Of a DNA stretch of 64,000 bases, positions 16,631 through 26,669 are shown one piece after another. Source of the stretch: an uncultured virus (IMG/VR IMGVR_UViG_3300014039_000035) (lineage: Duplodnaviria > Heunggongvirae > Uroviricota > Caudoviricetes); the IMG/VR virus record IMGVR_UViG_3300014039_000035; one strand, given 5' to 3'. Position numbers and translations under genes: made by a program. Positions within the stretch are counted from its first letter, which is position 1. Each line of letters starts with the position of its first letter. The notes under the pieces were generated by a model, which was given only the letters and a program-made list of their open reading frames with translations, did not search any database and was not told the origin of the DNA.

Positions 16631-19600
16631 ATGATGAAAAGAAAAGAGGCGGCTGAACGGCTGCAAGTGGTGTACAACACCCTCGAAGTGCGTAAAGTGA
16701 AGTACGCAACTATTTACAGGAGAATCTTTAGGCAGGGAGACTGCTGGAGACTTATCGGATATGCTCACGATTACACGGTATAACATTATGGAAGTAACGA
16801 CAATGAAATGGAGGGTTGCCGAGGTGCATTGCCTTTTCACCGGTGAGCAATACGTGTTCACGAATAGTTTTTTTGGACTGTTGGCGGTTGCCGAAAGGTC
16901 GGACGAGGATAGCAACTTGTTTACGGTCATATATGGCAATGAGAACGCTGCCGGAGGTTCTTTAGGCGGTGACGTGTGCGCCATTTTGGCAGAACGGTTC
17001 ATTCGCAAGAACGAACAACGCTATTTGCAAAAGGTGGTAACGTTCAAGCGCAAGAACGAGGATTTGCGCAAATATTATGTTGATTGTGAGGCAAAGAGAT
17101 TTTAACTAACAAAAAACGCTGCGCTATCGGCGACACGGGCGAATGAAATGAAAATACTTTTTAGAACAAAAGACGATGCCCTCAGGGCGATGAAAGAGGT
17201 CGGCAAGACCGGCTATCTGTCAGAGGCTGACCACAGAAGCGGCCTCGATATCGACTATGACAGCTTCGGAGGCGACTTCTGTTGGTCGGGCGAGGTTCAG
17301 GCCTACAGAACTGATGATGATGACATCTTCGCCTGGTGGGAGTAAAACAAAAAAATAGATGCATATGAAACAGAAGTTTGAAAGGAGAATGTCGTTCGAT
17401 ATCGTTGCGGTGTCGGACGAGGCGATGAGTTTTGCCAAGGCGAAGAAATTCGCAAAAGAGCACGGGGGCAGGCTACCCGACCAGACGGAGGCGGCTGAAA
17501 TACTGAAGAATGCCGAGCACCCTGAATTGTCGCCTGAAAAAAGTTACGGCTACTGGTGTGAGTTCCGTCCTTATTACAAAATGGGCAGCGAAAGCGGGAT
17601 CGGGGCTTTCCACGGCGGTTATTTGGCGGCTTTTAGTTATGATACATGGAAGGACAGAAGATGGTGGTGCAACGCCATTGTAGTTAAGGATGTGGAGGAG
17701 TAGGCTGTATGGAGACGATAGTAATAAATGTAAAAGCACCTTACACGGTCAACGACTTTCGTGGACACAATCCGTTGGAGACATTCAACAACTTGAGGGC
17801 TGCGATCGGGATATATAGCGGCATAAGCTCGCCACAAATGGACGGACAGGGGCGCATCAAGCAACCAAGATTGAATTTCGCTTTGTGGCAGTCCAAAGAT
17901 AAGCCCGAACGGTGGATGATGGCGGTCGGGCAACGCAGGGGGTTCAAGGCAGTAACGTTTACTTTCGTATGAGATTGCCGACCGAGAACGTGGCACGTAT
18001 TTCGTGCGAGGGTCTTGGCGAGTTCCGGGCCTTCTACAGGCATGGTGCGCTGTGGGAGGCTTGGATCAAGCCTGACGGGAAAGTTGAATTAGAATGTAAG
18101 GAGAAGGCCGGCGTCCTGCGGGATGAGGCCGTAAAACGAATGGAAAATGAACGAGAATAAATGGTTGGTCTTGGCTTATTATCCGAGTCTCGACCGCATT
18201 GTTAGAAAGGTGTTTGACAATCTGGCAGACGCACAGGCCGAATTTCGTGCCATTGTGACGGATTTTCGGAGGATGTATTGGGGAGATAACAACGAGGACG
18301 GAACAAGGCGCGCGGGGGCTTTCGTGTCGTTCCGTATGTACATCCCCGAATTTACGGGAACGGCATACGTAGAAATTGTGAAGATATGAGTACTATCTGG
18401 AAAAGACGTTTGGCGTGGTGGGCAATAATAACTTTGCCCATCGTGCTTGTGGCGATAAAGTGGCACGGCAACGGCCTTATGTTGCTCGGTTTGATATGGG
18501 TGTTTAATCTTAATTACTTGGAGGACAGGTTGAATGAAGAGAGAGATAATAGCAGTGAATGTTAGCACGGGGGAAAAGCGGATTTATCCGGATACTGGAG
18601 TCTGTGCCGCTGATTTGGGAACGACACGGCAGAATATAATGCAGCAGCTGAACCGCAACGGCAATGTAGGCTCGTGGCGTCTGTATGACACGCAGGAGAC
18701 GCTGCAAAGACGTGTTTATGAACTGCAAAGGCTGATTAAGGAGGTTGAATCGTTATGAGAACTTATGTGAAGTTTGACGGCAAGGATGCCGTGCCGGAAT
18801 GGGTTGAGGATTGCTTCGAGTGTATAAGCGATCCTGCGCTGGGTGTCTGGGCTTTCTTCTGCGGTGGTTGCTTGTGGGAGGCGGTTCTTTCTGAGGATAA
18901 AACTGAAATGACATTCCATGACATGAACGGATGGAATTTCTATCAGGAACTTTTATTTGATATACGGGCTTATGCGGATGGTCTGGACGAGTTGCGTATG
19001 GAATATAATATCATTGATGATAGGACAATTAAAGTACGATTCTATTATGATAATTGATTTGATTTTAGACCGCAGGGCGGGCGAAGAGTATGACCCAAGG
19101 CTATTCTATGCCGAGGTGTCCGAATACGGTGAGATATGGCCGGATCTGGCCTATCCGATAGCACGGGCGATGGACGGTGGCGAGGAGTCTGACGTCAAGG
19201 CGGCTCTTTGCGACTACGTGGAGGGCAACGGCTACCCTGAGGATATAGCCGAATATGTTAACAGTGTAAATTGGTTGCGATATGAAAAAGATATGGCTTA
19301 GGCTTGGCGTGACGATAGAGGCAGACGCTAAGGAGACGGTGGCGATATTGGCTGGTGATGGGAAAGTTCTTGCGGAGGTTATCCGCAAGAACGGGTTCGC
19401 TTTAATGGGGAATAGTTGTATTCCGGCAGAATCGAATAAAGAGTTAGGCATCGATAGTAACATTGTAATTGAATTGAATTAACGATGAAGAATATAATAG
19501 TTGTCAGAAAGACTTTTTACCCACCTCAAATTAAGGTCAGGGAGGGTTGTTGGCCGGTTGTGCAACTCGTGTCAAATAAAGGAAGTCGTGACATTGAGGA

Positions 19601-19763
19601 GGTACAGAGGTTTACTATTGATGCACCGGGCTCTTGGTTCATTGATAGTTGGAACTGTCACGTAGACGGCAGCGACTATGAATTTAAGTCGATGAAAGAG
19701 GCTGTCGAATGGGGCTGCGAAGTTTTAGGCATAAAGGATTATGTTATATCTGTTGAACTTTAA
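16631..19763 (+). other. dense run of about 12 small early ORFs (e.g. 17148-17345, 17359-17703, 17709-17972, 18147-18389, 18534-18758 NUMOD1-like, 18755-19057, 19282-19482, 19485-19763)
   Basis: Co-oriented, abutting or ATGA-coupled ORFs of 50-115 aa with no recognisable enzyme motifs. Confidence 0.7.
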
Positions 19764-19777
19764 AATCGGTTTGTGAT

Positions 19778-20287
19778 ATGGAGAATCCGAATAGAATTTG
19801 GATTGCGGTGGCGATAGCGTCGCAATTCGCTTGGGCTGGCGCGGTGATAGCGTGCCACGCTGATAGTCCACTTGAAAGAAACGATGAACCGGAGGCCGTT
19901 GTGTATGAACCGCAACGGCAGCCGGGGCTTGACGAAAGGGGGCTGCTGATACTGTCGATGATGTACGTTGAGAGCCGTTTCGATCCGCTTGCGGAGGGCA
20001 GGGACAGCGACACGGGGATATTGCAGATAACGCCTGTATATGTAAGGGAAGCGAACAGGATTCTCGGCAGGGAGGAGTTCACCTTGGATGACGCAAGGGA
20101 TATAAAGCGATCCTTGGATATGTTTGACGTTGTTCAGGGTGAGCACAACGGCAAGGGCGACTGGGCTATGACGGTGTACTGGCACAACAAGAGCGATGCT
20201 TATCGTGACCGGGTTGTTCAGGCATACAATTTGTTCCTGAATTATGAAAGGATGCGAGAGGTTGTGGTGGGGAGATATGGTAAATAA
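19778..20287 (+). CDS. membrane-anchored lytic transglycosylase (SLT/lysozyme-like)
   Basis: N-terminal hydrophobic segment; YVESRFDP, GILQI, WHN motifs. Confidence 0.8.
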   Translation: MENPNRIWIAVAIASQFAWAGAVIACHADSPLERNDEPEAVVYEPQRQPGLDERGLLILSMMYVESRFDPLAEGRDSDTGILQITPVYVREANRILGREEFTLDDARDIKRSLDMFDVVQGEHNGKGDWAMTVYWHNKSDAYRDRVVQAYNLFLNYERMREVVVGRYGK

Positions 20288-20304
20288 CTAATCAAATAAT
20301 CTTT

Positions 20305-20601
20305 ATGAAAAAGAAAGAAGAACTGGTGACATTCGGACTCACCGAAAAGCAGGCCGAAGAGGTGATGCTGTTGGAATCACGGATGATGGATGAGGCGGTC
20401 AAGTTCCGCTTTGTCAAGAAGGACGGCACGATAAGGGAGGCCGTTGGAACTCTGAAACGTTCGCTTATGAAGTTGGCTGACGGTACGCTCTGGCAGCCGA
20501 AAGGAGAGCCAAGGCCTGACACGGTCGGGCTTATGAAGTATTGGGACTGCGAGAAACAGTCTTGGAGGTCATTCAACGTGGAGGGGCTGCTATGGAGGTA
20601 A
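20305..20601 (+). CDS. SH3 beta-barrel (WYL_2/DUF2693-like) protein
   Basis: VKFRFVKKDGTIREAVGTL...YWDCEKQSWRSF. Confidence 0.85.
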   Translation: MKKKEELVTFGLTEKQAEEVMLLESRMMDEAVKFRFVKKDGTIREAVGTLKRSLMKLADGTLWQPKGEPRPDTVGLMKYWDCEKQSWRSFNVEGLLWR

Positions 20602-20891
20602 TGCTGGTGTTTGGCGATGCGGAAATCTGTGACCGCATCAACGAGGGAGGGCATCAAGATATGAAATTATTCGGAACAAGCAGGTTTATGCAAAATTCGG
20701 CCAGCGAATATATGCATCAGTTCAAAGATTTATCAAGAATCGGTTTCCATATCATGCAAAAAGATTCCGCCTTTGGAGAAATGACGCCTATTAGAGAGGT
20801 TGATTTTGCTTATAAAGCCGGTATGAGAAAAATGCTGGAAAAGGTCTATGAGTATCTTCCGGAAGAAGTTAGAAAAGATTTGTTGAAATGA
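20592..20891 (+). CDS. hypothetical protein
   Basis: ORF coupled to both neighbours. Confidence 0.55.
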   Translation: MEVMLVFGDAEICDRINEGGHQDMKLFGTSRFMQNSASEYMHQFKDLSRIGFHIMQKDSAFGEMTPIREVDFAYKAGMRKMLEKVYEYLPEEVRKDLLK

Positions 20892-21289
20892 GAATAGTTG
20901 AGTATGCGTTGAGATTCGCCAAGACTGACAGGCAGATTGACATGACGGGCGAGAAAATTACGCCTGTTTCAGCCTTACTGCGTTTGTATGCTGAATACAA
21001 GGATGATTCGGTCTTTGTCCTGCTTTGCGGTGAGAGGGCCGGAATCAAGGGTTATGTGAGATTCCCGAAAGACATAGACCAGACGGATCTCCACCACGAG
21101 ATTATAAGGGTGTCGATAGATACCAAGGTGTCCACGGTCATAGTCGGCACACGTCACGACTGGCCGCCTTTCAGGGATATGGAAAAGACCCTCAAGGCGC
21201 ATGGCATTCACCTGTTGAACGGCATCATAATCGGCGAGGACAGTTACTATATGTTTCACCAAGATCAAGTTTATCGTTATGGAGATTAA
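20888..21289 (+). CDS. degenerate JAB/RadC-like protein
   Basis: VFVLL...GIHLLNGIIIGEDSYY resembles the RadC C-terminus but lacks HNHPS. Confidence 0.5.
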   Translation: MRIVEYALRFAKTDRQIDMTGEKITPVSALLRLYAEYKDDSVFVLLCGERAGIKGYVRFPKDIDQTDLHHEIIRVSIDTKVSTVIVGTRHDWPPFRDMEKTLKAHGIHLLNGIIIGEDSYYMFHQDQVYRYGD

Positions 21290-21575
21290 GATTTGGGTTG
21301 TGACCTACACAACGTGGTCGGATGATGACCAAGACCTGTACAACGAGGTGCAGGTTTGCGCAAGCAAGGAGGAGGCTGTCGATACGTTGAAACAATACAA
21401 GCGTTCAGAACTTGACAGCGGACATTTCTCATTTGTTATCGAGAATGAGTTTGATGGCTATCCGGACAGGTTTTTGACGGAATCAGCCTATGTGACAAAG
21501 GACACTGAAACCTGCTTCGAGTGTGTGGATGATTTCTATACGCTGCGGGTGAAGATAGAGGAGGCTGTGGTATGA
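21279..21575 (+). CDS. hypothetical acidic protein
   Basis: 98 aa ORF. Confidence 0.6.
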   Translation: MEIKIWVVTYTTWSDDDQDLYNEVQVCASKEEAVDTLKQYKRSELDSGHFSFVIENEFDGYPDRFLTESAYVTKDTETCFECVDDFYTLRVKIEEAVV

Positions 21576-21697
21576 TGTGGATATTGATTATATTGATGTG
21601 GATAGCATACCTTCCGGAGTTGTTCGATGACAGAAGGAGGGACAAGTGATGTTTTTGGCATATCTTGACGATCTGCTTGCAAGGAGGTAAAATAAAA

Positions 21698-21967
21698 ATG
21701 GCAAGTTACAAGAAAGAGTTCCTGGAATGGAAAAAACAGTACAAGGAAGACGAGTTCTACGACAGTCTTCCCGGTGTTGACTTGAAGATTGGCGACAAGG
21801 TGATGTTCACCAATTCGTCAGGGATAACGTTCGGGCCGTATGAGATTCTGGCCTTTCAGACACCCGATAAATATGGGCGGTGCGTCTTCATAGACCACGA
21901 CAGCTATTGGTTTCCGGCAACTTTAGAGTCATTGAGGCCATGTGGAAAAGAAAGAGCCGGAAGATAG
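21698..21967 (+). CDS. hypothetical SH3-like protein
   Basis: LKIGDKVMFTN motif. Confidence 0.55.
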   Translation: MASYKKEFLEWKKQYKEDEFYDSLPGVDLKIGDKVMFTNSSGITFGPYEILAFQTPDKYGRCVFIDHDSYWFPATLESLRPCGKERAGR

Positions 21968-22722
21968 ACATCAAGCCGATAGGCGATTCAAGGCCGTATG
22001 TCTTGTGGCGAAGGGTTTCCACGCAGGAGCAGGAGGTCTCTGGCCTTGGCTTGGAGGCGCAGTTGACCATAGCGAAGATGTTCATGGCAAGGGAGCCTGT
22101 GGCGGTGTTCACGGATGTCCATTCAGGAACGAAGTTGAAGGAGTGTGACCAGCTGTGGGAGGCGATACGCTACTGCAAGGCAAATGATTACGTCCTTTGC
22201 ATAGCGAAGAGTGACCGTCTGAGATCAGTGTCTGAGGCCTTGGACATTATAGACGCGATGGGCGAGCGCAATGTTGTGATATGCGATTTGCCTACTTGCG
22301 ACAGGTTTGTGCTGACCATCATGTTCGCGGTTTGGGAACGTCAGGCGCAGATGATACAGATAAACACACGTCTTGCGTTGGCGGAGCGTCAGAGACAGAT
22401 TGAGGTCAACGGCGGATTTTTCTCGAAGTCCGGTCGCTGGGTGAAGAAACTTGGCAGTCCAAAGGGTTATATGCCACGTCAGGCGATAGTTGCGGCAAAT
22501 GAGGCGTCAGCGGCCAAGGCGGTCGAATGGCGCAAGGAGTCACCTCTTTTCGCTTGGGTCGAGTTGCAGGTTTTCAAGCACCGGGCGAGGGTTGACATTC
22601 TGGCGGATGCGCAGGAACTTTACCGCAAGCATCCGGAGAAGTACGGTACACGCAACGGATGTCCGCTGAGTAAGGGTATATTAAGCAAGTGGATAAAGAT
22701 AATACAATTAAGCAATGACTAA
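21940..22722 (+). CDS. serine recombinase (resolvase family)
   Basis: RVSTQEQ..SGLGLEAQ, D..SG, K.DRL, ER..I..NT..AL. Confidence 0.9.
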   Translation: MWKRKSRKIDIKPIGDSRPYVLWRRVSTQEQEVSGLGLEAQLTIAKMFMAREPVAVFTDVHSGTKLKECDQLWEAIRYCKANDYVLCIAKSDRLRSVSEALDIIDAMGERNVVICDLPTCDRFVLTIMFAVWERQAQMIQINTRLALAERQRQIEVNGGFFSKSGRWVKKLGSPKGYMPRQAIVAANEASAAKAVEWRKESPLFAWVELQVFKHRARVDILADAQELYRKHPEKYGTRNGCPLSKGILSKWIKIIQLSND

Positions 22723-23017
22723 AATGAAATTAAGTGAAATGGATTTTGAGAGCGTTGTTAAGGCTCTTAAAAAGAAAGAAAAATCATTCTATATGCACTA
22801 TAATGCGAGTGATGAAATCGCACTGGTGGTAAGCCAAAAGTCGTTAGAAACAGTTAAGGACAATTTGAGGTCTAAATATGGTGATGTCGAGGTTGAACTT
22901 TATCCGGAAGCGTGTTGGTCAAGACAGGTCACCATTAAGGACGAGAAGTTCCAAAAAGACCTCGACGAATACTATAAACGCAAAAGCGCGTGGTGCGCCA
23001 AATATGGTTGTGACTGA
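22715..23017 (+). CDS. hypothetical protein
   Basis: 100 aa ORF ending WCAKYGCD. Confidence 0.65.
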   Translation: MTKMKLSEMDFESVVKALKKKEKSFYMHYNASDEIALVVSQKSLETVKDNLRSKYGDVEVELYPEACWSRQVTIKDEKFQKDLDEYYKRKSAWCAKYGCD

Positions 23018-23279
23018 TGTGTAGGTTATTCAAGGTTTAAGCCACGGTCCGGCACGAGGACTGGAATGGTGAAGTGTACAGCATATCGATAGAATGTGAC
23101 TGCTGGGCAAATAATGAAGAAGAAGCAAAAAATCTTGTCGAGGAATATCCCTTCGATACATACAAAGGTATGGATTTTGTAGGTGTTACGGTGGACACCG
23201 TGAAATTCGTGTCGGACTCGTTCGAGGACAATTACCCTCCAGCGATGACGAACTGGGAATATACGGTTTAAGAAAAAAC

Positions 23280-23391
23280 TCCCCGAAGAGCCGGATAGGA
23301 TGCTCCGGCAACGAAGGATGAAGACGCCCTGTGACACACTTCATCCGAAGCGTAGGACGGCAGTGTGGTTCGATTCCACACCGGGGAGCCA
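23280..23391 (+). ncRNA. tRNA-like RNA A (CCA-encoded, non-canonical core)
   Basis: Acceptor TCCCCG/CGGGGA-G-CCA, T-arm TGTGG-TTCGATT-CCACA, 6-bp D-like stem, 8-bp third stem. Confidence 0.7.
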
Positions 23392-23465
23392 CTCAAAGTC
23401 TTGGCAGACTTTCTTGGGGTCCTGAGAAAACCAACTGAAAAGTGTAGCGGTGTGAATCGCGAACA

Positions 23466-23570
23466 ATGCCGGGAGAAGGCCGTCACGGGACGGCAGGGAA
23501 TACGTGAATATAGCCAAAAACACAATCACGATGAATGTTTGAAAAGGCGGTTCGACTCCGCGCCCGGCAT
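23466..23570 (+). ncRNA. tRNA-like RNA B
   Basis: ATGCCGGG/CCCGGCAT closing stem, GCCGTC/GACGGC hairpin, CGTGA/TCACG hairpin, GCGG-TTCGACT-CCGC T-arm. Confidence 0.6.
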
Positions 23571-23595
23571 CAAGTTTATTGTTTAATTTATAGTT

Positions 23596-24096
23596 ATGAA
23601 AGAAGCAAAAGAATTGAATCTCTGCGAGATTCTCAAAGATTGCCCGAAAGGGACTAAATTATATACGCCGCTTTATGGTGTATGTAGTTTATATTCGGTT
23701 GATGACAAATTCATAACAATCGATTATGTCGGAGAGGTAAATATAATCTGTAATGAGACATTTTTCGCTAATGGAACAATCTCCACTTTAGGTGATGAAT
23801 GCCTATTGTTTCCCTCCAAAGATAACCGTGACTGGTCTACTTGGAAGAATCCAAAGCCAAAGGTTGAACGTTTTAACCCGAAGACGTTTGAGCCGTTCGA
23901 CAAGGTGCTGGTAAGAGAGGATGATGAAGATTGTTGGATACCAACCTTTATTAGTTATTTTGATAGGTGGCTAAAAAAGATAATTACGGTATCTGACCAA
24001 GCGTATAGTCGAGTCATCCCTTACAACGACGACACCAAGCATCTTATTGGTACGTGTGATGAGGCTCCGGAGTATTACAGATATTGGGAGAATTAA
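23596..24096 (+). CDS. conserved Bacteroidales phage protein
   Basis: LNLCEILKDCPKGTKLY, LFPSK..RDW, FEPFDKVLVR, IPYN..TKHLIGT. Confidence 0.75.
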   Translation: MKEAKELNLCEILKDCPKGTKLYTPLYGVCSLYSVDDKFITIDYVGEVNIICNETFFANGTISTLGDECLLFPSKDNRDWSTWKNPKPKVERFNPKTFEPFDKVLVREDDEDCWIPTFISYFDRWLKKIITVSDQAYSRVIPYNDDTKHLIGTCDEAPEYYRYWEN

Positions 24097-24098
24097 TC

Positions 24099-24362
24099 AT
24101 GATTTGGATTTGTATAATAATAGGCTTGATTTCTTTTGCTGGTCTTGTATATTCAATAATAGAAACAGATGGTTTTGCAATACTTGCTATTTTTTCTGTA
24201 TTTGGGTTAATATGCTCATTTGTCGGAATATTAGATTTATCTTCAGAGAAAAATAAATCTTATGAATATTCAGCAACTGAATACACTCTCGAATACAAGG
24301 TAACTACTATTGGAGAGCAGAGTGATACTACTTATGTATTGACAAAAATTAAAGAAGATTAG
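24099..24362 (+). CDS. small membrane protein
   Basis: Two hydrophobic helices. Confidence 0.6.
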   Translation: MIWICIIIGLISFAGLVYSIIETDGFAILAIFSVFGLICSFVGILDLSSEKNKSYEYSATEYTLEYKVTTIGEQSDTTYVLTKIKED

Positions 24363-24520
24363 GATATGAATTATACAGTGAAATTTTTTAGTCCATTAAG
24401 AAATGAAATAATGTTTCGTAAAATAGAGGCTAACAATGCTGAAATAGCACAAAAAACGATACAAATGTACTATAAAGTGCCTGAAAAAGATATTTTATCA
24501 ATCATCGAGGAGGATTAATT

Positions 24521-24703
24521 ATGGCATGGATAGCAAGAGATGGAAATCTCAATTTATGTATTTTCGACGATATGCCGGAAAGGTGTGTTTCAAGGGCGGT
24601 ATGGATTCCCTTTTATGGAGAAATCACAAATTTTATAGAACTTCCCTCCGATGCTGATGAAAAGTTAATTGGAAGACATATCACTTGGGGATATCAGCAG
24701 TAG
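24521..24703 (+). pseudogene. small phage gene truncated by the TnpB element (original end EDEPVEI* at 26543-26566)
   Basis: Removing 24689-26542 restores ...GRHITW-EDEPVEI* in frame. Confidence 0.8.
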
Positions 24704-24783
24704 ATAAAAAAATACTCAAAAATATCTAAAATTATTTAAACATATTATTAACATTTTTCAAAATTGATACTATTTATATTTAG

Positions 24784-24883
24784 AAAACAAAAGTCAGACG
24801 TTGTTTTGGAATATTAGAGAAATTTAAGTTACAATACCTTCATGGCATCGTCTGACTTTAGTGCCAAGAAGGTTTTGTAACTT
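24784..24883 (+). promoter_or_regulatory. kissing-loop leader of tnpB
   Basis: Loops AAGTCAGACG (24791-24800) and CGTCTGACTT (24849-24858) are 10/10 complementary. Confidence 0.7.
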
Positions 24884-24894
24884 TTTTTATTTTT

Positions 24895-26535
24895 ATGATT
24901 ATTGACAGCAAATATACAAAAGTGTTCGTCTCCGATGATATAACCCGTTTGAAATATAACGAGTTACACGATGTTGCTGTCAATATCAGAGACCATAAGA
25001 ACAAGGTATCTGAATTCGTTTCCCATAACCTCCTAAAATATTTGGATTATTCCAATCTGACGTTTATGAAGGAAATGAGAACTGAATTCAAAAACCAAGT
25101 GGGTTCTTCGTTTGATGCTCAACTCTATACACAAGTACTGACTTGTTATCAAAACAAATTTGATAACATAAGAAAAAATCTTACTTTTGAAAAAGTCACT
25201 TATTCCCATTGTGAACTCTACAAAAGGAGCATCAAGATAAACAAGAAAGGTGATTTCAAAAAAGTAGTTAACAAACACGAAACCACAAGGTTGTCCATCT
25301 GTTTAAGTTACCTTGCACGATACGGGAATGATAATACCGTTGAATATATTAATTCTCAGATGCCTACTTGTGATGATAATAAGAAAGGCTATTACCAATC
25401 CATTTTGGATTGCTGCTCCAAGTTTGGATTCGAGCGATTGATGGGATTGGCGATGCAGAAACGTCAGCGAGCAATAGACAGATACAAGGATAACCCCATC
25501 GAATTCAAATCCCTTACATTCAGTGGCAGAAGCCGTAAAAAGAAAATCCTCGATTGGAACAAGAACTACAATTCTGAGATTAACGCATTCGTATCATTGT
25601 CAGGATTTGATAGGAAATCCATGGATATCCCCGTTAAATTTGCAAAGGATTACCACGGCTCGATGGGTGATTATTTCAAGGCGAATCCTGATTACGAATA
25701 CACCATTGTATTCAATGAACGAAAGAAATCGGTATCCATCAATCTTTGTAAGGACGGTGAAAGGTTTATCCCGGAGGCGGGTAATAACCTTATCGGGATT
25801 GACGTAAATTGCAAGCATAACTTATTCTCATTATCAGATAACTCTACGTATGATTATGACCGTCAGTTGGTTAATGATTATTGTAGGTTAGCGTTGGATA
25901 TAGATAAACGCAAGAAAAAGGATAAGGAGTACCAACCGGGAAAGAGAACCCAATGGAAACTGGATACCCTCAAAAAGAAAATGGACAAATCCGAGCAGAA
26001 CCTCATTGCCTTGATGTGCAAACAATTGGCATCAGAGGGATATAACCACATAGTGATGGAGGATTTGGATAATGGATTCGGAAAATGCTTTGTTAAGGAT
26101 AAGGATAATGAGGATATCAACTATAACCGCAAGGTCAAATTTCTTGGATTGTCAAGCCTCAAGAATGAGGTGGAGCATATTGCGAGGAACTACGGAATAG
26201 CGTTGTCCACGGTGCAAGCGAGTTACACGTCCAAGATGTGCCCAATATGCGGCTGTATCGAGGACGAGAACCGTCCCGACCAAGAGACATTCTGTTGCGT
26301 TGAATGTGGTCATTCAAGCAATGCTGATTTCAATGCGTCGGTGAATATAAGGAACAGAGTCAGCGAAGCCGTGCTTCGAGATAGGCTCTTAAAACAAAAG
26401 GATAATGGTGCCTACGAACCTAAAAAGATGAAAAGAGAAAAGGTTAAGGAGGTATTGTTATCGTTTCGGAAACACCTGCAAAAGGCAGGGAGTGAATGTA
26501 TTCAAACGGAGTTAAACACTTTTGAATATGTTTAA
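24895..26535 (+). CDS. tnpB: TnpB-family RNA-guided endonuclease (546 aa)
   Basis: RuvC GIDVN / VMEDL / NADFNA, YTSKMCPICG...CVECG zinc ribbon. Confidence 0.93.
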   Translation: MIIDSKYTKVFVSDDITRLKYNELHDVAVNIRDHKNKVSEFVSHNLLKYLDYSNLTFMKEMRTEFKNQVGSSFDAQLYTQVLTCYQNKFDNIRKNLTFEKVTYSHCELYKRSIKINKKGDFKKVVNKHETTRLSICLSYLARYGNDNTVEYINSQMPTCDDNKKGYYQSILDCCSKFGFERLMGLAMQKRQRAIDRYKDNPIEFKSLTFSGRSRKKKILDWNKNYNSEINAFVSLSGFDRKSMDIPVKFAKDYHGSMGDYFKANPDYEYTIVFNERKKSVSINLCKDGERFIPEAGNNLIGIDVNCKHNLFSLSDNSTYDYDRQLVNDYCRLALDIDKRKKKDKEYQPGKRTQWKLDTLKKKMDKSEQNLIALMCKQLASEGYNHIVMEDLDNGFGKCFVKDKDNEDINYNRKVKFLGLSSLKNEVEHIARNYGIALSTVQASYTSKMCPICGCIEDENRPDQETFCCVECGHSSNADFNASVNIRNRVSEAVLRDRLLKQKDNGAYEPKKMKREKVKEVLLSFRKHLQKAGSECIQTELNTFEYV

Positions 26536-26669
26536 GTTTTCGGAGGATGAACCAGTAGAAATTTAGAGTTATGAAAACAAAAGAACAAATACTTAAATGG
26601 CTTGACAAGCAGCCTTGGAAGAATGAATTTTACAGACTTGTTGGAAACCGCTAAACCGTTGTTGTAATT

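Larger units (their letters stand above)
24689..26542 (+). mobile_element. IS607-like non-autonomous TnpB-only element
   Basis: GG at both junctions, no longer target duplication, AT-rich, single ORF. Confidence 0.75.

Noticed and set aside
21940..22722. Serine recombinase as the TnpA of the IS607-like element
   Set aside because: It lies outside the element and lacks the N-terminal HTH of IS607 TnpA
23280..23391. Canonical tRNA gene
   Set aside because: No 7-nt anticodon loop on a 5-bp stem and too long, so reported as tRNA-like instead
24689..24894. IStron (group I intron) at the left end of the TnpB element
   Set aside because: Only about 200 AT-rich nt precede the ORF and no group I core is recognisable
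24895..26535. Cas12f/CRISPR system
   Set aside because: No repeat-spacer array or cas genes were seen anywhere in the window, and the ends are transposon-like
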